Positions 54,337-64,000 of a DNA stretch of 64,000 nucleotides are shown piece after piece (the first letter of the stretch is position 1; every line of letters begins with the position of its first letter). Under the pieces are notes generated by a model that did not search any database, was not told where the DNA came from, and was given only the letters and a program-made list of their open reading frames with translations. Where the stretch lies: the NCBI GenBank assembly GCA_951406725.2, contig OX597823.1:114700001-114764000 (forward strand), written 5' to 3'. This stretch comes from Octopus vulgaris. Its lineage: Eukaryota. The position numbers and the translations under genes were made by a program.

Positions 54337-54780
54337 GTCGGCGAGCTGGCAGAATCGTTAGCACGCTGTTCGCCCGTCAGCACCTTTCTGAGTTCAAATT
54401 CCGCCGAGGTCGACTTTGTGTTTCATCCTTTCGGTGTCGTTGAATTAAGTACCAGTGAAACACTGGGGTTGATGTAATCGACTAGTCCCCTCCCCCAAAA
54501 TTTCAGGGCCCGTACCCATAATAGAAAGGATTATTATTATCATTATTATAGGCGGTGAGGTGGCAGAATCGTCAGCACGCCGAACGAAATGCTTACCAGT
54601 ATTTAGTCCGTATTCACATGCTATGTTGAAATTCCGCCGAGCTCGACTTCGCCTTTCATCCTTTCGGGGATCGTTAAATTAAGTACCAGTTAAATTAAGC
54701 ACACCGGAGTCGATGTAATTGACAAGCCCCACCTGCCCTCAAAATTCCAGGCCTTGTGCCTATAGCAGAAAGTATTATTA
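54337..54780 (+). mobile_element. Two SINE family B copies with (ATT)n flanks
   Basis: Two heads (GGCGAGCTGGCAGAATCG, GGCGGTGAGGTGGCAGAATCG), each with the central domain. Confidence 0.8.
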
Positions 54781-54807
54781 TGTCAATGTATAAATATATC
54801 TTTTTTT

Positions 54808-55213
54808 TTCTCTTTTACTTGTTTCAATCATTTGACTGCGGCCATGCTGGAGCACCGCCTTTAAACGAGCAACTCGACCCCGGGACTTATTCTTTGTAAG
54901 CCCAGTACTTATTCTATCGGTCTCTTTTTGCCGAACCGCTAAGTGACGGGTACATAAACACACCAGCATCGGTTGTCAAGCAATGCTAGGGGGACAAACA
55001 CAGACACACAAACACACATACATACATATATATATATATATACATATATCCGACAGGCTTCTTTCAGTTTCCGTCTACCAAATCCACTCACAAGGCATTG
55101 GTCGGCCCGAGGCTATAGCAGAAGACACTTGCCCAAGATGCCACGCAGTGGGACTGAACCCGGAACCATGTGGCTGGTAAGCAAGCTACTTACCACACAG
55201 CCACTCCTGCGCC
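54808..55213 (-). mobile_element. SINE family A, full length
   Basis: Complete head-to-tail match to the other copies. Confidence 0.88.
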
Positions 55214-55543
55214 TATATGTAAAGTATACACTGTTATTGATGTATTTTGATTACATTAATATAACCATCCTGAGTTTATTTACATTAGTCCTACAATAAA
55301 TATTCGATGTCTTCATACATATGAATATATATGTGTAGTATGAATTCATGTATGTATTTATGTATGTGCGTATGTTATTTTATATGTATGTGTACATGTA
55401 GAAATGATTGTGTGTGTATGTATAAATGCATGAATGTATGTATGTATGTATGTATGTATGTATGTATGTATGTATGTATGTGTATATATGTATTAAGTAT
55501 GTACATATACGGACAACTATGTACATCTATGTCTGTATGTGTG

Positions 55544-55615
<72 letters not shown>

Positions 55616-55617
<2 letters not shown>

Positions 55618-56029
55618 CGCAGGAGTGGCTGTGTGGTAAGTAGCTTGTTTACAAACCATATGGTTCCGGGTTCAGTCCCATTGTGTGGCACCTTGGGCAA
55701 GTGTCTTCTACTATAGCCTCGGGCCGACCAATGCCTTGTGAAGGATTTGGTAGACGGAAACTGAAAGAAGCCCGTCGTATATATGTATATATATATATGC
55801 GTGTGTGTGTTTGTGTGTCTGTGTTTGTCCCCCTAGCATTGCTTGACAACTGATGCTGGTGTGTTTATGTCCCCGTTACTTAGCGGTTCGGCAAAAGAGA
55901 CCGATAGAATAGGTACTGGGCTTACAAAAGAATAAGTCCCAGGGTCGAGTTGCTCGATTAAAAAGGCGGTGCTCCAGCATGGCCGCAGTCAAATGACTGA
56001 AACAAGTAAAAGAGTAAAGAGTAAAGAGT
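55616..56029 (+). mobile_element. SINE family A, full length, inverted relative to 54808-55213
   Basis: GGCGCAGGAGTGGCTGTGTGG head through the (AAAGAGT)n tail. Confidence 0.88.
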
Positions 56030-56111
56030 ATATATATATATATATATGCGTACATATGTATGTGTATATATTCGTGAATGTATGTATAGTTAGAGTGAGA
56101 CCGAGAGAAGC

Positions 56112-56179
<68 letters not shown>

Positions 56180-56180
56180 T

Positions 56181-56340
<160 letters not shown>

Positions 56341-56925
56341 CAAAGACAGACAAACAGACGGACAGACAGATAGATGCACAAAGCAAGATAGAGAGGTGCT
56401 CAGAGCGAAGACAGTGAAATGAAATAATTATACATACTTTCTATACATCACATGTATACATTTATGTGTATACATTTAGATATTCGTATTTGTATTTTGT
56501 GTGTGTGTGTGTTTGTGTTTTGTGTGTATGTATGAGAGAGAGATGAGGGGAGAGTGAGATTGTGTGTGTGTGTGCGTAAAAATATTTGTGTGTCTACATT
56601 TGTGTATCTCGGTGCTGCCTGATGTATTCGGCTCGTCGAATGCCGCGCCGAGTTTAATCCACGAAGAACTGCTAGAAATGGGGTAGGAATGGTTAAAGAA
56701 AAGCTAGATTGAGTCGCGTTCGGCATCGTACGAAGAAGAATTCGGTCAATGTATGTATGAAGCTAGAGAAACAAGGTAAAGTAGACGAAGCAAAGATGAA
56801 CTCTCTTAATCTCTACGCAACTACAAACAGCTTAACTACTTCTGGAGGGTAGGTGTGCCGAAATAGGGACGCGTGTACTCACACTCACAGACACACACAC
56901 ACACACGCACACACACACACTCACA

Positions 56926-57014
<89 letters not shown>

Positions 57015-57375
57015 CCGTACATATGCTTATTCACAAACATCGACCACCAACACACATAATTATACAGACGCAAAATAACGTTCACGAGTAATTTACGTAT
57101 GCGAATATACACAACCACGCGTGCGCGCACGCATGAATGGAAGCACGCGCGCCCGTACACCAGCATACATATATCTCTTACGCACACACACACATTGATA
57201 TACAGGAAATTGTATATACGCAAATAATGTACACATGTTAACATACAAGTACATTAAGAAAATGCGCATGTGTGTATGTTCTGTTGTTTGTATGTGTAAT
57301 ATAGATATATGGGTGTATGTATACAAACACAACACAGTTATCTATCTATCTATCTATCCACATTTTTGCATATAT

Positions 57376-57428
<53 letters not shown>

Positions 57429-57429
57429 C

Positions 57430-57464
<35 letters not shown>

Positions 57465-57491
57465 CATATATATACATATATATACATATAC

Positions 57492-57548
<57 letters not shown>

Positions 57549-58985
57549 ACAAAATAATATATAAACATATGCATATATACATACATATATGTACATACCT
57601 ACATCTATATGTATATATACAGGACACCAAAAAAAACGTTGAACACAATGAGAAACGAAAACATAAAAATAAAAACATGGAAACGGACTTTCTTTCAAAC
57701 AACGAAAAAACAGAGTACAGGACATACAACACAAGGAATATTCCCCTTCTTCAGTTGTCCCTGTTTAGGCATACGCAACAAACATAACAAACGGAAAATT
57801 CGTAGCTAATTCCACATCATTCAACGCCCAAAAGTTGCTTACAATTTCGCATCTATATATGTATATGCGCGTGCATACGCATTTACATAAATGCAGACAC
57901 ATATACAAAACACATACAAGATCTATTCCTTAAAAAAAAAAACTGTGATTGAGATGGAATAGATCACACACACACACATATATACACACAAACACACACA
58001 TTCAAACATACATACTTACATACATACATACATATATACATACATGCATGCATGCATACATACATACATACATACATACATACATACATACACACACATA
58101 CACACATACATACATACACATACATACATACATACATACATGCACACACACATACATACATACATACATACACACACATACATACATACATACATACATA
58201 CATACACATACACACATACATACATACATACATACATACATACTACACACTTACATACATACATACATACATACAAAGTCCACGATTTCATTGGCCGTAC
58301 GCACGTCTCGGTAAACTACGGCAGGCAAACTAGAGCTACACTGCTTGTGTCAAGTTTATCGTAAACCTATATTTCTCTGATCTTGCCCATAGCAACTCTA
58401 GGCCTGGTATTTCTCCAAATACTCACAAAAATATTATAATAATAATAATAATAATAATGCACACAACATATTGATATGAAGCAGCACTATCAAGACTCCG
58501 TATTCTCTTCTTCACATAATTTTACATAGTAGTCTACAAAAATCTGATATATATATTGCAAAAGTTTGCCATGTAAATGTACGCAGTTATAGGACTCTAC
58601 GAAGGTGTTTTTTTCTGTTTGAGAAATCAAATTGTTTGATGGAAGAGAAGTTAAAGATTCTATGCTGGGTACTTTGTTGAAGAAAGGCTAAATGCTTCCA
58701 GGTGAAACTGAAGAAACAGACTTGAAATAAGGGTGGGTCTTTTATTTGCTATTTTTTATCTTTTTATCCTTTACCGTTTTCAAGCGTTATTACACTACGG
58801 CCATGCTGGGGCACCGCGTTGAAGAAGGTTTAGTCGAATGAATCTTATTTGTTTTCAGCCTAGTATTTAGCCTACCTGTGTCTGTTGTCGAATCGTTGTT
58901 ACAGGTACGTGAATGCAACACAGGTTGTCAAGAGGTGATGAGGTACCACAAGCGTGCACACACACGTGTGTGTGTGTGTGTGTAT

Positions 58986-59375
58986 CTCTTTTACTTGTCT
59001 CGGTCATTTGACTGCGACCATGCTGGAGCACCGCCTTTAGTCGAGCAAATCGATCCCAGGACTTATTCTTTGTAAGCCTAGTACATATTCTAACGATCAT
59101 TTTTGACGAACCGCTAGATGACGTGGACGTAAACATACCAGCATCAGCTGTAAAGCGATGTTGTGGGGGACAAACACAGACACACAAACACACACACAAA
59201 TATATATATATGCATATATACGACGGGCTTCTTTCAGTTTCCGTCTACCAACTCCACTGACAAGGCTTTGGTCGGTCCGTGGCTATAGTAGAAGACACTT
59301 GCCCAAGGTGCCATGCAGTGGGACTGAACCAGGAACCATGTGGTTGGGAAGGAAACTTCTTACCACACAGACACG
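58986..59375 (-). mobile_element. SINE family A
   Basis: Matches the family consensus seen elsewhere in the window. Confidence 0.8.
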
Positions 59376-59435
59376 CATGCCCCAGAGGGATAGCTTGCAA
59401 GCTAGACAGACAGACAGACAGACAGATAAATAGAC

Positions 59436-59565
<130 letters not shown>

Positions 59566-60267
59566 CGTGGTGGGACGAGAGAACACTATACTTAATTATT
59601 AATCTATTCGCCCCGATTCACTCATTTTACCTATTATTTTTCAACTGAAAGGCCCTGAGTTACCAGAATCGTTGCGGTGTAGAAAGAACTACCTGGCGGC
59701 ATCTCTTCCGGATCAGTACGTTCTGGATTAAACCGAGGTGAACTTCGGTTTGCATCCTTTCGGGGTCGATAAAATACAGTACCAGTCATGAACTGAATCG
59801 ATGTAATCGACAAGCCAGCCTCTTCCTCCAAAAATTATCGGCCTCGTTCCAAAATGTGAAAGAGTTATTTGTCCGACTCAGATGCGACGTGCTGGCGAAA
59901 TCGTTTACTGCGCCGGAAAAAAAATATTTGAGGAATTTCCTCTGCTTTTTTTTACATTCTCAGTTCAAATACAACGAAGATCAAATTTGCCTTTCATCTT
60001 CTCGAATCAAATGAAATAAAATTGCAGCCAAGTTCCCCTCAAAATTACTGGTTTTATGATCTAAGTCAAAAACAGCTATTTGGCGACAAACATGATAGTG
60101 AGCTAGCAGATTCTTTAGAGCCTCGGGAAAAATGCTTTGACGTATTTGTTCTGATTCTTTACATTCTGAGTTCAAACTACATCGTGGTCAACGTTGCATT
60201 TTCTATTCCCGGGCCAATAATAATGTGCCATCCAAGTTCTGGAAGTGATGGTAGCGACTTTCAGTCG

Positions 60268-60683
60268 AGCGGCGAGCTGGCAGAATCGTTAGAACGCCGG
60301 GCGAAATGCTTAGCGGTATTTCGTCTCCCACTACGTTCTGAGTTCAAATTCCGCCGAGGTCGACTTTGCCTTTCATCCTTTCGGGGTCGATTAAATAAGT
60401 ACCAGTTACGCACTAGGGTCGATATAATCGATTTAATCCGTTTGTCTGTCATTGCTTGTCCCCTCTGTGTTTAGCCCCTTGTGGGCAGTAAAGAAATAGG
60501 TATTTCGTCTGCCGTTACGTTCTGAGTTCAAATTCCGCCGAGGTCGACTTTGTCTTTCATCCTTTCGGGGTCGATTAAATAAGTACCAGTTACTGGGGTC
60601 GATATAATCGACTTAATCCGTGTGTCTGTCTTTGATTGCCCTCTCTGTGTTTAGCCCCTTGTGGGTAGTAAAGAAATAGGTAT
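60268..60683 (+). mobile_element. SINE family B dimer plus the start of a third unit
   Basis: Units begin GGTAT at 60315, 60499 and 60679. Confidence 0.88.
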
Positions 60684-61238
60684 CGACTTCCACTCAAAAC
60701 TGTTCACTGCGTGCGTGAATCATAAAATATAATCTGTCAATGCAAACCACGAATAGTTTCCACAGATTCCGTTATTTCATAATCTTTCTGTAATTCCAAG
60801 AACTGCAAATACGATAATACTTTCATGCATTCCAGGATCTACCAAATCTGCAAATGGTTATGACACGAACAAGAAATATGAAGTTGTGAACCAATTTACG
60901 TACAACAGGTACGATACCGAAATAAGTATCTCTATGCACATACACAGTCACAAAAACATATTTATAGATACTACATACATATGCTCACAGGATGGGGAAA
61001 AATGCTTGGCTTTAAGGGTGTCGCGAAAGGCCTGATTGGAGGCCCAACCTTCCGAGTTCTCTTACATAGCCTAGAAAAACTAAAGGACCCCGGCAATACG
61101 CGAGTGAATCTGAGAGGGGAATATGTTGAGTAAAATCATAATTAACTGATTCTCCTGGATTTTCTTCCACGCAAAGTCAAGAACTTTTCAGCACTCTCTC
61201 GTACATCCAGGTATGTTATATATATATATATATATATA

Positions 61239-61628
61239 CTAGCAGTATAGTCCAGCGTTGCTCGGGCTTGATTTCTTTTCGACCCTTTAAAATTGGAATT
61301 TTTGAGAAGTAAAAATTTTGCATTATGTAGTTTGTTATTCTCTTTAAGTGAACATTTTTTGGGTTGAAATACACCGAAAAATGGCGACACAGCAGTCAAA
61401 AAATCGTAAAAAATAGGGGTTTTCATAGAAAAAAAAGCACCTTTTTATATAAATAATTTTTGGTCTTAACATGGTCCGATTTGAATTTTTTCTTCTAGAA
61501 GAGCAAGCCTTCTTCTATCATACTCTCAATTTTGGTCAACTTGCGCCACAGGATCTCGGAGGAGATAGTGTTAGCTGAAGGCTACCAAGCCTGCCATACA
61601 CAGACAACTTCAGCTTTATATATATAGA
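61239..61628 (-). mobile_element. Short non-autonomous Helitron
   Basis: Minus strand starts TCTATATATATAAAGCTGAAG and ends CCCGAGCAACGCTGGA-CTATACTG-CTAG|T. Confidence 0.8.
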
Positions 61629-62273
61629 TATATATATAAAGAGAGAGAGAGCATCTAACCGATGGTGAGTTCGATTCCAGAGATGGACTGCATGTTGTGT
61701 TTTTGAGCAACGCACTTTATTTTCCGTTGTTCCAGTTCACTCAGCCATAAAAATGAGTCGCAACGTCACAGCTACCAAACAGTATTATGCAGTTCTATGC
61801 TTATTCGTAACCGAAGTGGGGTCCAGTATGTGTGTATGTATATATGGCCTCCGACCACTGCCGTGAGAACATCGTTGTCTTCGTCTACCGATAAAGGCAT
61901 TTTTTCCAAATACGCCAGCTAAACTTGTTGTACTGTTTATTAGTCGTAAGACACCCGCTGTTTTTGTCCTGTTTTTACCATTATTGTTTTTTGTATTTTA
62001 TATTCGTGTGGCATCGTCCGTTTTTCTGTCCCTGTTTCGTATACATTCGATCCTTCTTCCAAGAAATCTAATGCTCGTAGCTTGGTTTTTCCTTGGGGCT
62101 GGCCGGATCGGAGCGATCTCAAGATTAATCAGCCGAAATTGCGAGGATGATCCGGTTCTTGACTGAAGATTGAAGGCTTCGAATGTCCAGTCCGTGTTTT
62201 TTGTATCGTCTTCTAAATGTTTTACGTTCTTGTCCCAGTTTGTATTTTTCTACATATAATAATAATAATAATA

Positions 62274-62309
<36 letters not shown>

Positions 62310-63502
62310 GGATCAAAACAGTTTGATTCAAATTCGCTGGTACTTTTGAGTTTCAAGTAAGATGCTAGTCATCAACCAGTTTGAATTTGAATAACAGAAG
62401 ATGATCGTTATTATTGTAAGTTGGGCCGCGATTGGTCGAGGAAGGTCACGCAGTGTCGCGGTCTCATGCTGGGAAATACCGCATTGTCGACAGAGAGCCA
62501 CCATATTCAAATGGCGTCCACAGCTGCCAGTTCTGCTTCCGCGAAAAACTGCATAGCCTCCAACAACCCGCAGTATACATCACAAAGAAATGCGATTTAT
62601 CATATCGCTGTCTACAGAGGTATGCCCTTCTAGCAAATTTCTGGCCTCTGACTATCCGGATATGCCGACAAACCAGATATGCATCCATAGCATCAGCTGC
62701 TACTCTGCACTGCTTGCACCAAGGTCACGGCTGCCAACCAACTCCATGAGCAGGACCGCTAATTACCGATCCCCAACGTTTACCAAACCCCACCGCATAC
62801 CAAATCCCCAACACTTACCAATCCCTAACGCTTACCAATCCCCAACGTTTGTTTTGCGCGTGTATACTTACACACGCGCACGCGTGCATTCGCGCGTACT
62901 CGTATGCGCACACAATGGCATGCATACGTGCATGCAAGCGAATATACATATGTACATAATGAATAGGCATGTGTGTGCATGCGTGAATGTGTTCGCATGC
63001 GTGAATGTGTTCGCATGCGTATGCGCGTGTATGTGTATGCGTGTGCACGCGTGTGTGTTCGTCCAAGCATACGTGTGTGTGTGTTTGTGTCTGCAGACAT
63101 GCGCGTGCGTGCTCATGTGCAGATGAGCACGCCTGCATCAATACAGACATGCATGCAAAACCATATGACAGCGTCTGCATACCCAAATATAGGACTACAT
63201 ACTTGCACATGCTGTCCCTTCTTACTCACTTCCAACAACCTGACCGATTTCCTAATCGCCACGTAGTCTATGACCTGTCCTCCACGTGGTCAATTTCCTG
63301 TTCTCCATGTGGTATTTTTCAACTAGCAGCTACCCATATGCCAACATCAAACCACGACACCACTAACCTTCCTCGACCAATCGCAGCCCAACTTACTGTA
63401 ATAACAATCAACTTCTGTCATTCAAATTCAAAATGGCTGACGACTAGCATCATTCTTGAAACTCAAGAGTACCAACGAATTTGAATCAAACTGTTTTGAT
63501 CC
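62310..63502. mobile_element. Non-autonomous DNA transposon (MITE-like) with ~155 bp TIRs, superfamily unassigned
   Basis: GGATCAAAACAGTTTGATTCAAATTCG... at 62310 is the reverse complement of ...CGAATTTGAATCAAACTGTTTTGATCC at 63502. Confidence 0.85.
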
Positions 63503-63551
63503 ATACATATAACTGCAAATAAATTTGATGAGTACGTTTGTCCACTCACTC

Positions 63552-63583
<32 letters not shown>

Positions 63584-63727
63584 CACCGATGGGTTGATCT
63601 TCACTACAGCTGTTACAGGCGTGTTTTTTATTGATGGACAAATCAATTATATCAGGTAAAAAAATCGACCCCTCTTTAGTGCCTTTGTTATTAGAATACC
63701 TGGATTTTCTTAGATCCTGAAAATTTC

Positions 63728-63772
<45 letters not shown>

Positions 63773-63773
63773 C

Positions 63774-63804
<31 letters not shown>

Positions 63805-63848
63805 TGCGTGAGTGTGCATGTGCCTGCATACAGAGACGAGGATTTATG

Positions 63849-63896
<48 letters not shown>

Positions 63897-64000
63897 TAAA
63901 TATATATATAATAATAAGCAATTATCAATATTAGAAAGAATAGCCAAAACTTTTTGACTGCTATTTCTAAATTCGGTGTGTGGTGAGGCAAATCGTTGCT

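Overview
Eukaryotic, repeat-saturated, gene-poor window; no host protein-coding exon could be supported. The SINE families and the extreme (TA)n/(GATA)n/(TATG)n/(CA)n density suggest an octopus genome (inference). Almost all ORFs in the track are microsatellite translation artefacts. The main element is a nearly intact Penelope-like retroelement (PLE, Neptune-type C-terminal GIY-YIG) at ~41536-50350. It has a ~2.7 kb inverted copy of its 3' end, three copies of a variant (U3-A8) minimal hammerhead ribozyme, and a coiled-coil/Q-N-rich ORF1 joined to the RT-EN ORF by an in-phase U UUU UUA -1 frameshift site. The rest of the window holds many short (TA)n-embedded, often fold-back PLE remnants with hammerheads showing C3-G8, U3-A8 and G3-C8 core covariation. 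It also holds a young Tx1/L1-like LINE apparently targeted to (GATA)n, head-to-tail SINE concatemers with a fixed junction, mariners, Helitrons, a MITE, R4- and CR1-like relics, a templated inverted duplication and a possible mitochondrial-like AT-rich insert. Coordinates were read by eye and repeat boundaries may be off by a few bases.
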